Shown piece after piece: positions 39,060 to 51,420 of a stretch of 64,000 nt of DNA (the stretch's first letter is position 1; each line of letters begins with the position of its first letter). Where the stretch lies: the NCBI GenBank assembly GCA_964016885.1, contig OZ024741.1, positions 391,902,001 through 391,966,000 of the forward strand, given 5' to 3'. Made by a program: the position numbers and the translations under genes. This stretch comes from Eledone cirrhosa. Its lineage: Eukaryota. The notes beneath the pieces were generated by a model. The model worked only from the letters and a program-made list of their open reading frames with translations, did not search any database and was not told where the DNA came from.

Positions 39060-40254
39060 CGAAGGAAATGTGGTAAGGAACCAGGTGGACCATAACGCAC
39101 CAAAGTACTCAATACTTAGGGTAGTAGAGTGGGTAATAGGAACGAGTAGGACCCCGACGAATTAGCCGCCGAAACGGCTTGAGCTCAGCCGTCGGGGTCC
39201 TACTCGTTCCTATATATATATATATATATATTTGTGCATGCGTATGTATGTATGTATATATGTGTGTATGTATGTGTGTGTATGTACGTGTGTATATATG
39301 TATGATTGTGTGTATGTATATATATATATATATATATATATGCATGTGTGTGTGTGTGTGTGCGTGTTTGTGAGTATGTATGGATTTGTTGATATATATG
39401 TATGTATGTGTATATGTACGAGATGTGTATGTATATATATATATATACATAATATATAAGATCAAAAGATGGTTAAATGAGTTCCATGTATTTTATTATG
39501 CGCATTTCAAAAATAAATATCATCATGTACTACAATAAAACTCACCTCCTACATATATATGTGTGTGTGTGTATGTATGTGTATATATATGTGTATGTAT
39601 ATATGTGTGTGTGTATGTAATTGTGTGTGTGTGTGCATGTGTGTTTATTTTTCCTTTCCTTCTTCCTTTTCCAGCCTCACTTTCATATAGATTATATTTT
39701 TGTTTTTAAATTCCAATGCCAATAAATACACCAGGATTTTTTCATTCTGATGATTGAAAGCAAAATTTGTTTGCTTTTAAGAAACCACTGGTAAATGAAA
39801 TAATTGCCTTATGTTGTTTATTACATAACTATATATATATATATATTATATTTATTTCTGCATTCACAGATTGATTTTTTTAGTTTCAGAAGATCCCGTT
39901 AAGGGTGAAAGCAGCGATTCTTTGCTTAAACTTTAATCTGTTATTTTAATAAATAAATAAATATATATATATACATCCAAAAGTGTGTTTGACCAACATA
40001 CCATTTTTATTTTATTCATGTGATATTTTAAATCGCAGTCATAAAGTCCCCCTTTATACTTTATTATATAAGGGTGGTGTATTGGCAGTATCGGTAGAGC
40101 GTCGGACATGCTTTGAGTTACCGCTCTTTACGTTCTCAGTTCAAACCTTGCCGAGGTTAGCTTTGCTTTACGAAGTTGATAAAATAAAGAACCAATAACG
40201 CACTGGGATCGATTTAATCGACCCACAAATTGTTGGCCTTGTGTCTATATCAGA

Positions 40255-41031
40255 CTAGCTGAATTACCTGGCGTTGCCCGGGTTACTGCTGTTCTTCTTC
40301 AGATTAGTAAATAATAAATATGAAGATGTTTTTTTTCTCATAATTATTTCAAAATATCTATATTTTATTTTAAAAATATCAAAATTGTAATGATAATAGA
40401 ATTTAGAAATGAAAATCTGTCAATCTTGAAGCACCTTAGGGTAAACAATATTCATTGTGTAATTTTTTGTTGGTGTCCAAATGAATAAATTGTTGCTACA
40501 CACTCACACACTCTCATATACATATACTAAGATAGACGCACATAGACATACATTCATGCAGACACATGCATAGCTTTTCACCTCATTTTTTTGTCAGTTG
40601 CCACATTTGTATATGTATGTGTAGATGTGTGTGTGTGTATTTAATAACTTACCTAATGAACATTTTTTTTGCCAGTCGTTTCTGCTGCACGTTGGGCTGA
40701 GGAGGCCAAGCTCCTCAAATACCGGTCGCTCTCCGACAGGTTTGCGGTCGTACCCCTGGCAGTGGAGACTTCTGGTGTACTCGGCCCCAGGGCTATTTCC
40801 TTACTCACCACCATAGGCGCTGAGCTGGCCAGCCACAGGTGTGAGCCCCGCGAGTTGGAGTGGCTTTTCCACCGCGTCTCCCTTGCTGTCCTCCGGGGAA
40901 ACGCCTTTTCCATTCTGTTCGCCGGGTCTGTGGGTGGGCCCCATCGCGTATCAGGCCGATAAATAAAGTACTAATCCGACATTGGTGTCGATTCTCCAGC
41001 AAAAAAAAAAAACAAAAACAAAAAAAAAACG

Positions 41032-41062
<31 letters not shown>

Positions 41063-41858
41063 GCATTTAATAACTTACTTAATGAACGCGCACACACACT
41101 CACAGACATATTCATATACATAATGTGACGTCATTGTGTTGTTTTAATCCAAATGAAAATAAAAATTATCACATATACACACACTCACACACATATACTG
41201 AGACAGACACACATTTACGCACACCTATTACTTGTCAGTCAACACATATGTATCTGTATGTGTAGATGTGTGTGTTTAATCGTCTGTGTGTGAAGATAAT
41301 GTGTATTCAAGTTACTAAGGCTATATGTATGTGTAGAGGTGTGTGTGATTAATTCTCTGAGGCCTAACGTTAAAATAAAAATTATCACACATACACTCTT
41401 ACACTGACATACATACACTAAGACAGACACACACAGACATGCATTCATGCACATCTATTACTTGTCAGTCAGCACATGTGTATGTATGTGTAGATGTGTG
41501 TGTGGAGATAATGTGTATGCAACTTACTAAGGCTATATGTATGTGTAGATGTGTGTGAGTGTTTAATTCTCTGAGGCCTAACGTACGTAACGAAGTCACA
41601 AACACACACACACACTCATATACAAAATGTGACGTCGTCGTTGCGGTTGTGGTGGTTTACTATCGTTGACTATAGAAATATTATTTTAGATAAAATGTTA
41701 TATTGTTTTAATCGAAATGAAAATAAAAATGACATCTTGACACTCCCGGGGTCTTATACTATTACCCTGTAAAATTTGATTTGATTTCGTCGAGCCGTTT
41801 GAAAATTCATAGGAACAGACAAACAGATAGACAAAGAATTTTATACATATAATAGAGA
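40255..41858 (-). mobile_element. Non-autonomous Helitron with a nested CRE fragment and an internal duplication
   Basis: Minus strand A|TC..TATAAAA..(GTCT)-like 5' end and CCCGGGCAACGCCAGG hairpin + CTAG|T 3' end; internal repeat 41150-41370 / 41370-41585. Confidence 0.75.
40665..41030 (+). mobile_element. CRE-like (RLE-endonuclease) non-LTR retrotransposon 3' end with poly(A)
   Basis: AARWAEEAKLLKY..VPLAVETSGVLG..HRVSLAVLRGNAFSIL; GC-rich, followed by AATAAA and an A-rich tail. Confidence 0.85.
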
Positions 41859-42199
41859 TCTTATAAATATTTATGATTGAAAAAAATAAAATAAAATAAT
41901 TGAGTTCGATCTTTCTTTCACTTTTTATTTATATATTTTTACTTTCAATGAGAACACCAATTTAAAGCAAAGGTTTCCGCTCTGTGTCTCGTAACACTTT
42001 AATGTGTCGCCAATAAGTCAGATCTTGAGCAAGACGCTTTTACACAGTTTTTTCATGAAAGGACTGGGGTTCCGAGAATTAAAAACCCCGCGAAATTCCC
42101 TATTAGATGCAACTTTGAATGAGGCCAGCTAAACCTGCATATGTGAGCTAGAAATTTAATATATATTTCAATTTTTACAAATAAGCTGTGAACTATATT

Positions 42200-42791
42200 T
42201 GGGAATGGTCTGTTGTCTTAGCGATACCTTCGCCAGGGGCTACTTGGTGTGGCTAACGAAACGACCTGTACCCAGACGACATAGCTACCCGGGAAGACAC
42301 ATCGACAATTTAATCCGGAAAAGACATCAGTCCAGACACTGAGAAATAAGGAGTTACTACAGGCAAAATGTCGATCAAATTAGCAGAAAATTTGACTCTA
42401 AGAGAAAGTGGGCGACACCCTCAATATTGATTAGATTGATCGAAAAGAAAGTTGAAAGTATGTTTTAACTGAACTAATTTATCCGGCGCTAGAAAAAGAT
42501 AGAGTTACTTCCCCTGATTCTTGTGATAATTTACTGATTAATTTTCTTTATTTCCTGCCATTGTTTGATAAACATCAATATTACTCTGTCAGCCCTCGTT
42601 TAGAACTAATATTTAGACGATTTAATTAATTATAGATGATTGGTAATTAACTGCGTAAAGTAATATGTATAAAATTATTTATGTTGACATGAAAATATAA
42701 ATCAACGTTTACTGTCAAATCTAGAACTTTTTTTTAAGGTGTCCACTGACAACTTATAACATTTTCTTCGTTGAGCCTTTTTAATAAGATG
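42200..42791 (+). other. Putative promoter and non-coding 5' exons of the zinc-finger gene
   Basis: Locally CpG-richer unique sequence ending in a GAAA|GTATGT donor (~42457), plus a small TTTTAAG...GAT|GTAAGT-bounded exon (~42740-42790). Confidence 0.4.
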
Positions 42792-43376
42792 TAAGTATTA
42801 TTTATATAAACATGTATATTGTACACGTGTATTATTTTATGTACACCTCTTTGCTTTAGTGTGTTTAGAAGGATAAATTAATTAAAAAAAGGGAAACTGG
42901 AAAAAACGGAAATTAAATTTTACTTAAGGAAGGATATCTTAAGACACACGATAAGATATAAGATATGTAACATTGTGAGTTTTAAAATTTGAATTTACCG
43001 AGATTATTATTATTGTTGTAATGCTTTCTTTTTCCTTTCGAAACTCCACTCCAATCTTCGTTACTCCTTACATTTTAATACATATATATGTATAAAGTGT
43101 TTTTGGATTTCTTAACACCAGTTCAATACCTTTTACCAATATTTCTACCATGTAAACTAAACAACATCCGTCGCATGCTGCTAGACAGACATCAATATTA
43201 ATTCTTTACTCCACCACAAAGCCATGAAATAGATTTAAACAATTATAAGACATGAGTGTAAAGGTCTACTTGTATCTAATTATTTGTCCGCGCGTCTGTG
43301 TATGTCTGAAATCTCCAATCAAATCACATTCACCAGAAGAATAAACTATTATGAAAAAGTAGTTATATTTATCTAA

Positions 43377-44025
43377 TACTAGGTGCATTCAAAAAGTATC
43401 CGACTTTAATTTTTTCGCCATCAGTTTCCAGCTATTATGCCTAGAGTACAGACCTGTTTTGCGCGCTCGTCAGATTTGCACAGTCCAGCGTGTCCTGCTT
43501 GATTTCCATGCAGAGTTTCTTCTGCTGCCCCGCCAGCACCTCGAGGACGAATTTTGCTGACACTGTCCGTTAAAAGGGAATGCACTGATCCTATGCTTAT
43601 TCCCACTTCTTGAGCAATTTTCTGGATTGTTACACGACATTCTTCCATGAATATTCGCGGAACCTTCTTAATCGGCTCCTCGTTTCAGCTTGTGGATGGC
43701 TTGCCTCACTCTCTACTGAGATGAGGCCATGTTTGAAGCAGTTGTACCACTCCTTGATCTGAGTTTTGTCTATGGCATCATCGCCAAAGGCATGCTGAAT
43801 CTTCTGGATGGTCTGAGCTTGAGTATCACCAAGCTTTTGGCAAAACTTGATGCAATATCTTTGTCTTATGCGTTTGGTCATCTTGCATGAAAACGAAAAT
43901 CTAACAAGTGCGCACTACACGCCTGCCGGCGTGAAAGTTTTCCCTCATGTGCAAGAAGGCTAGCGTCACTTCACACACAAAAGGTGTGAAAAAATAAGTT
44001 GGATAGTTTTTGAACGCACCTCGTA
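43377..44025 (-). mobile_element. Deleted mariner transposon with both TIRs
   Basis: TA-flanked TIRs (AGGTGCATTCAAAAAGTATCCGACTT / AAGTTGGATAGTTTTTGAACGCACCT); QRYCIKFCQKLG..IQHAFGDDAI..IKEWY..FK HTH. Confidence 0.9.
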
Positions 44026-44497
44026 TATTATAACACATACTTTAGTCTTGAAAAGGATTAATCCAATTCTTCAAGTAAAGGTATATATCTTACAATTTAA
44101 CAGTAAAGAAGATATGTTATATGTCCACTGTTGAATATTTACTTTTTAAGTATCTTCTTTATTTTATACTGTTTCTCTCATATTTCAGAATATCAGATGA
44201 CATTGGAAAAAATAAATTGGAATACATCAGATACATCTTTTAAAAACTAAAGGAAGATGTTATACAGAACACATACAACTCTATATAAATCTTTGATAGA
44301 ATTACTGGGAAATATTTGTGAGCTGACTTTAATAGCAACATTTTCCTGCTTCCTTATGAATTTGTATTCTAATTTAAGTTGAAATAGAAAGGAGTTTGCA
44401 GTTGATGGAAATATAGCAGAAGAAATATTCATTGGGAAGAAAATTAAATAGCAAAAGAAGAAAATCATCTGTATATTGTGGTGAGAGACAAAAAAGT

Positions 44498-46231
44498 ATG
44501 GAAAATAAATTATGTGAAGACACAGTTAAATGTGAAACTAAGTCTAAAAGTATTGATTTTCCTGGTAATGTAAAGAAAGAGAAAGGAAAAACATTACACC
44601 AATGTAATATCTGTAAAAAGTCATTCTCAAGAAAACACAGCCTCACCACTCACAAACATATTCATACAGGAGAGAGACCACATCACTGTGATATTTGTAA
44701 AAAGTCATTCTGTCAAAGTAGCGACTTAATCATTCACAAACGTTATCATACAGGTGAGAAACCATATCATTGTGATTTCTGTGATAAATCATTCTACACA
44801 AGTAGTAAATTGAGTGTTCATAAACGTACTCATACAGGTGAGAAACCATATCACTGTGATATCTGTGGTAAATCGTTCTATGAAAAAAATAAATTAACTA
44901 AACACAAACGTATTCATACAGGAGAGAAACCACATGTCTGTAACATCTGTGGTAAATCATTTTTTGAAGGTTGTGAATTAACTAGGCACATACGTATTCA
45001 TACAGGCGAGAAAACGCATTTTTGTAATATCTGTGGTAAATCATTCTCTGGAAGTGGTGCTGTAACTGCTCATCAACGTATTCATACAGGAGAAAGACCA
45101 TATCAGTGTGATGTCTGTGGTATATCATTCTCTCACAGTAGTGCCGTAACAGCTCACAAACGCCGTATTCATACTGGAGAGAAACCATATCACTGTGATG
45201 TCTGTGGAAAATCATTTTCTGTTGGTGGTAAATTAACTACTCACAAACGTATTCATACAGGAGAGAAACCATATCACTGTGATATCTGTGGCAAATCATT
45301 TTATGCAAGTTCTCATTTAACTAAACACAAACGTATTCATACAGGTGAGAAACCACATATTTGTAATATCTGTGGTAAAGCTTTCAATGAAAGTAGTCAT
45401 TTAACTACTCACAAACGTACTCATACAGGAGAGAAATCATATCACTGTAATAGCTGTGGTAAATCTTTCTATTCAAGTTCTCACTTAACTATTCACAAGC
45501 GTATTCATACAGGAGAGAAACCATATCATTGTGATACCTGTGGTAAATCATTCACTGAAAGTAGTCACTTAACTACACATAAACGCATTCATACTGGAGA
45601 GAAACCATATCAGTGTGATATCTGTAGTAAATCATTTGCTGAAAGGGGTAAATTAACTCGACACATTCGTATTCATACAGGTGAATCACCATATCTCTGC
45701 AACATCTGTGGTAAATCATTCTCTGGAATTGGTGCAGTTACGGCTCACAAACGTATTCATACAGGAGAAAGACCATTTCACTGTGATATCTGTGGTAAAT
45801 CATTCACTGTAAATAGTGCTGTAACTGTTCACAAACGTATTCATACAGGAGAGAAACCATATTGCTGTGATGTCTGTGGGAAATCATTCTCTGTAAGTAG
45901 TAAAGTAACTACTCACAAACGTATTCATACAGGAGAGAAACCGTACCATTGTAGTGTCTGTGATAAATCATTCTCTGAAAGTGGTCAGTTAACGAAACAC
46001 AAACGTGTTCATACAGGAGAGAAACCATATCACTGTAACACTTGTGATAAATCATTTTCTGAAAGTAGTCGGTTAATTATTCACAAGCGTATTCATACAG
46101 GTGAGAAACCATATCACTGTGATATATGTGGTAAATCATTCTCTGAAAGTTGTCGTTTAACTAGACACAAGCGATGTGTTCATATAGGTGGCACTCAGAC
46201 AAAGACACACTCTCAATCACACCTTCCTTGA
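44498..46231 (+). CDS. Tandem C2H2 zinc-finger protein, 19 fingers, single coding exon
   Basis: Intact ORF from the first ATG (MENKLCE..) with 19 C2H2 units joined by TGE(K/R)P-type linkers. No KRAB/BTB domain visible. Acceptor TTTCAG ending near 44188 suggests spliced 5' UTR exons. Confidence 0.95.
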   Translation: MENKLCEDTVKCETKSKSIDFPGNVKKEKGKTLHQCNICKKSFSRKHSLTTHKHIHTGERPHHCDICKKSFCQSSDLIIHKRYHTGEKPYHCDFCDKSFYTSSKLSVHKRTHTGEKPYHCDICGKSFYEKNKLTKHKRIHTGEKPHVCNICGKSFFEGCELTRHIRIHTGEKTHFCNICGKSFSGSGAVTAHQRIHTGERPYQCDVCGISFSHSSAVTAHKRRIHTGEKPYHCDVCGKSFSVGGKLTTHKRIHTGEKPYHCDICGKSFYASSHLTKHKRIHTGEKPHICNICGKAFNESSHLTTHKRTHTGEKSYHCNSCGKSFYSSSHLTIHKRIHTGEKPYHCDTCGKSFTESSHLTTHKRIHTGEKPYQCDICSKSFAERGKLTRHIRIHTGESPYLCNICGKSFSGIGAVTAHKRIHTGERPFHCDICGKSFTVNSAVTVHKRIHTGEKPYCCDVCGKSFSVSSKVTTHKRIHTGEKPYHCSVCDKSFSESGQLTKHKRVHTGEKPYHCNTCDKSFSESSRLIIHKRIHTGEKPYHCDICGKSFSESCRLTRHKRCVHIGGTQTKTHSQSHLP

Positions 46232-48281
46232 TCCAGCAGAACATTCTGGAAGAAGAGAGAGGGTTCCACTAACACTGAGCAGGCACTTTCATTATTCACT
46301 CTGAAAAGATGTAAAGTAAACTTTACAAGATTTGAACAGAGAGCTAGAACATATGTCTGACATCCATAAATTTTGTTTCCTTTTTCTTGTTTGTAAATTT
46401 AATAGGTATATGAATATTGGTACGTTTGCCAAGAAACAATAAAAGATTAATTTAATCACCAAATAACTAATATGTATTGCTGTGTTGTGTTTATCATGAC
46501 TCAACATTCATCATGATGATAAATAATGGGTCCTTCTGAACCCAGCTAGATAAGGAAATCATCTCCCATAACTTCCTTATCCAGCTTGGTTCAGAAGGAC
46601 CCATTATTTATCATCATCATTGTAATGGCTGTAAATAATTGTATGATGATGATGATGATGAAAGAGATTTAGACCCATACAACACTTCCTTTTCTCTATA
46701 CAAGATATGTGATGTTGAACATAAATGGAATGTAAGCTGAGAATGTCTTGGACATGAAAGAATGAAAAGCAGCACAGACAAAACATATTGTATAGCAAGG
46801 TGTGAATAATATGGCTGGATATTCAGATCTAACATACAATGGAGATCTGTCATTATAAAGACAATTTATAATGTTCAAAATATATAAGTAAAACACCTAT
46901 TAGAGAAATATAGGGAGAATATTCAGGTGCTAAATTTGACTATCAAAATCAGAAAGCCAAACAATATTACAGTTACTAGAGCAAGGATAAGCAATGTCTT
47001 TTTGTAATGGCCTACCTGTTGCTGAGCATTGTCTTGAAAGAAATTGATACCTCATACATTAGACTAATCTCTAGCCATCAGATCCTCTTAATTTGTAGTG
47101 TCTTTTTTATGAAGTGAACTGTAATAAAGACACTTATTTAAGAAGACAGCCTCCCTAACTTCCTTATCAAAATGTAAGCCACTCCTGTATATGTTCAATA
47201 ACAAACAGAACATAACTAATTTGAAACATCCACCAGTTATTAGTGCTGTACAAATGTGAACAAAATGTCTAAGTTATACATAACATTGTATCTATATTCT
47301 CATACATCCTTTATTTGCCACCTTCCTTGTTCAGTTCATGCCAGCATAGTCTCAATCCACACTTTGGGGTTCCCCACCTCCACTCACATCCTTCATCATC
47401 CAACCCATGCTAGCATATTAAGATAGATGCACTCTCTCATTAAGCTTCCCTTCTTCACATCCTCATCTCCAACTCACCTGCCTAACTCAGTCCCCTTCAC
47501 ATCCCCATCTCACCTGCCTAACTCAGTCCCCTTCACATCCCCATCTCCAACTCACCTGCCTCTCTCAGCCCAGCCCAACCCAACATGGAAAGCTAGACAC
47601 CCTACAATACACTGTCAAATACTACTCTCTCTTCAAGGCCAGTTTCATGACCTGGCTCCTGCTACCCCACACTTGTTATTGCTTTCCCATCAACACCGAG
47701 GACACAGCTAATACTCTAGTGTTGTTAAGGGGTAGTGCTGGTGTCACACTAAGTTATACCCAGCCTACTCTGTAAAGTGATAGTGTTGGTGCCACAATAA
47801 AAAGCATTGTTTCACCATGATAAAAATCATCTAGTTCATGCTGTAAAGCAGTTGGTGTTAGGAAGCGCATCCAGCTGTAGAAACGTTGCCAAAAACATGA
47901 GCTTACATGATCACCTGGCCAATCTAGCCTCAGGATATGACATCTCATCTAACCAATGCAAGCATGGAAAACATACATAGAATGGTGATGATGATATACA
48001 AGTGGGCATGGTGCATTTTATTTTGATACCAACACTAGCACTTATTGACACTAGGACAGTCATTGTGTTGCCCTCAGCCAGGCTGTGAAGACAGTGATGG
48101 GGAAAATAGGAGTGTGGGGGGTGCGCATGCTGCTTGCCTGCAGAGAGGAGAATGAGAGTGGCGGCTTTAAAGAAAGTGGATGATGTGATATCCCCAGCCT
48201 GGCTATTGATGGAAGGGGGAATGAAATACATGCTCCTTGCCAAAGAAGGGAGTGAGAGAGAAGTGCTGAGAAGAAAGATGC

Positions 48282-50311
48282 ATGGAAGAGCCATTATGAT
48301 AGATTACTAAATGAGGCGAATGCATGAGAAGAGACCCTACCCCAAGTAGACCCTATAGAGGGGCCAGCAGTGCAGGTCAGCAGCAGCGTAGTAAGTAAGG
48401 CAATCAAAGATATGAAGATGGGGAAGGCAACCGGTCCATCGAGTATAGCTGCCGAGATGCTGAAGGCATCTGGGTCTGTAGGTCACACTATAACCACATG
48501 TATTGTTAACCAGGTAATACTAGGTGTCATACCAAAAGATTGGTGCAGTAGCATCATTGTCAACTGCTACAAAGGTAAAGGTGATGCACTAGATAGAGGA
48601 AACTATAGAGGTATAAAGCTGATGGACCAGGTCATGAAAGTAACAGAAAGAGTTATAGCAGTTGATTAGGGATCGGGTGAAACTAGATGGGATGCAATTT
48701 GGGTTTGTACCAGGAAGAGGCACCACTGATGCCCTCTTCCTTGTGAGGCAGTTACAGGAAAAGTACCTAGCTAAAAGTAAGCCACTCTACCTGGCATTTG
48801 TAGACCTTGAGAAAGCCTTTGACAGAGTTCCACGTGCTGTAATCTAGTGGGCTCTTAGAAAACTAGGAGTAGATGAATGGCTTGTGAAAGCGGTACAAGC
48901 CATGTATAGGGGAGCAGTCAGCAAAGTTAGGATTAGCAATGAGTATAGCGAGGAATTTAGTGTACAGGTTGGTGCCCTCACCTGTTCATCATAGTCCTGC
49001 AGGCAATAACGGAGGAGTTTAAGACCGGATGCCCATGGGAATTCCTGTATGCTGATGACCTCGCACTTATAGCTGAATCTATGGTAGAACTAGAGAAGAA
49101 ATTCCAAACTTGGAAGCAGGGACTAGAAAGAAAGGGTCTCAAAGTCAACATGACAAAGACTAAGGTCCTTGTAAGTAGACGAGAAAACAAAACCCAGACC
49201 CCTTCAGGGAAATGGCCTTGCTCAGTATGTAGGAACTCCATTCTCTGTCCCAAATGCAAACAATGGGTACACAAGAGATGTAGCGGGATCTCAGGAAGCT
49301 TAATTAAGAATGTAGGCTTCACATGCAGCAGCTGTGCTGGAACAGCAAGCAGCATACAGCCACAGGAAACAAGTACCACCAATCTCTGGGAGGGCTCTGT
49401 AGAAACAGTAGACAGCTTCTGCTACCTAGGTGACCGAATTAGCAGGTGGGTGTTCAGAAAGTACAATAACTAGGGTAAGAACGGGATGGAAGAAGTTCAA
49501 GGAACTACTGCCACTGCTAGCTGCAAAAGGCTTCTCCCTCAAAATGAAAGGCAGACTGTATGATGCGTGTATCCGAACAGCAATATTACATGGTAGTGAG
49601 ACCTGGGCGCTGAAGGTGGAAGACTTACGTAGATTAGAAAGAAACGAAGCCTGCATGCTCTGATGGATGTGTAATAGTAATATACGCGAACGGCAAAGCA
49701 TAAATGAATTGAGAGAGAGACTGAGCATAAGAGGAATCAAATGCTGTGTGCAGGAGAGGTGGTTGCATTGGTAAGGACGTGATGCGTATGAAGGATGACA
49801 GCTGCATAAAAAGGTGCAGAGCACTAGAAGTCAATGGAAACCGCGGAGTGGGGAGGCCCAAGAAGACCTGGGATGAGGTGATAAATAAAAGCCGACCTTA
49901 CCCAATTACACCTCTCAAAGGCGATGACACACGACCGTGACGTCTGGCGTCACACAGTAATACAAAGTACCCGACCTCCCATGGGTACAAGCTGAAGCAT
50001 ATAGACAACATGCCCCCACACCCTCCCACTGCAAGGTGGTTGTGGAGGTGCCACGGCAAAAAAGCACCCAGCCCACACTGTAAAGTGGACGTGGAGGTGC
50101 CACGGCAAAAAAGCACCCACCACTCACTGTAAATGAGGTTGGTGTTAGGAAGGGCATCCAGCTGTAGAAATCAAGCCAAAATCAGTTCCTGTATGAGCAA
50201 GGCATGGTGAGCCGACCAGACACTGCCCACAACAGGACAACCCGTCTAACCCATGCTAGCATGGAAGAATGGACGTAAAACGGTGATGATGATGATGATG
50301 ATGATGATGAT
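48282..50311 (+). mobile_element. 5'-truncated RTE LINE, decayed
   Basis: Highly similar to 33724-35742; retains YADD; frameshifts; (GAT)n tail. Confidence 0.95.
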
Positions 50312-51059
50312 TCTTTGAATAGTACCCCTCCCCCCACACAGTAGTTTTTGTACGATTCTTTGAGAGATCTTGGGATTAGACATTGCTTGACCTGCTATAA
50401 ATAACACCAAAATCTTTAAATCACACCCTGCTGTGTTATAAAAGGACACATTGATATATTAGATATACAAAAAGATGAAGTGGTCAAATCTGGGATACCT
50501 TTGATCTTGGACATGCTTAATCAAGGCTAAGCTAGGGCTAAACAACAACATGATCATAAGGAGAGATAAATGGAAGTTTCAAATCCATAATAAACATATC
50601 ACCACATCTCTACATAAAGACAGTTTGACTTTTACAAAGCTTTATAAGAGCAAATATCAAAGGACACTACACTAATGGGACATAGTTTCCTTATTTAGAG
50701 GTATGCCAGCTAATTGGTCTCACTAATCGTTTTTGGTTCCCTGAGTTTAAATCCTGCTGAGGTCAACTTCACTTTCATCCTTTTGGTGTTGATGTATAAA
50801 AGACCAGTACAGAGGTAGTATAGTGTCAGAAGCTATAGTTCAACTAGATTCTTTGTGGTGCCTGGTTTTGTATGTTCTGAGTTTAAATCTGCTCCTTCCT
50901 TCCAGTTGTGACTGGCAGATAGTCTCACCAATGGAAACAATCGTTTCTTTCCTTTTTTACTTCATGCAGAACAAAAGAAAAATACTTTTGTTTTCTAGAT
51001 CTGTCATACAAAGAATTCTTTTTTGTCCACTTATTGCAGGGAAGGTTGTTGGGGCAGAA

Positions 51060-51420
51060 TCCTCAAGCATGCCTTCCAGTGGGTCTTGTCAGAGCTACCA
51101 TCTCCAATTGATCTGGCTGGATCACCAAGTGAGACCAGCTGAGCTTATGGATATATCCAACCATCTTGATTTGGGTCTCCTCTCGGTTGGTTTTGCCCAT
51201 AAAATCTGTCCAGCAATTCTTTTCTGATACAGTCTAACCACATGTCTATAGAATCGGAGCTATGATCTCTCAATTCGGAGAAGTTATGGCTCTACCTGGA
51301 GCAACGTACTCTATCGAGTAACATTAGTTTGAAGGAACCCTATTTCACTCACTTGTATTCATAATCATATTTTTTCAGTTGTTAACCAAGGTTCATGACA
51401 ATTAGAAAGAATACAGAGTT
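51060..51420 (-). mobile_element. Old RTE-type LINE 3' fragment (another family)
   Basis: Reverse strand shows remnants of LR..GHV.R and ILWAKPT.RRP..RW motifs. Confidence 0.55.

Noticed and set aside
30374-39465. Many long ORFs rich in Y/I/H/T/C/V/M (up to 382 aa)
   Set aside because: They are translations of (TA)n/(CA)n/(TATG)n microsatellites, which lack stop codons; not genes.
44432-44497. ORF-track start of the zinc-finger gene
   Set aside because: The track uses a non-ATG start; the first ATG is at 44498.
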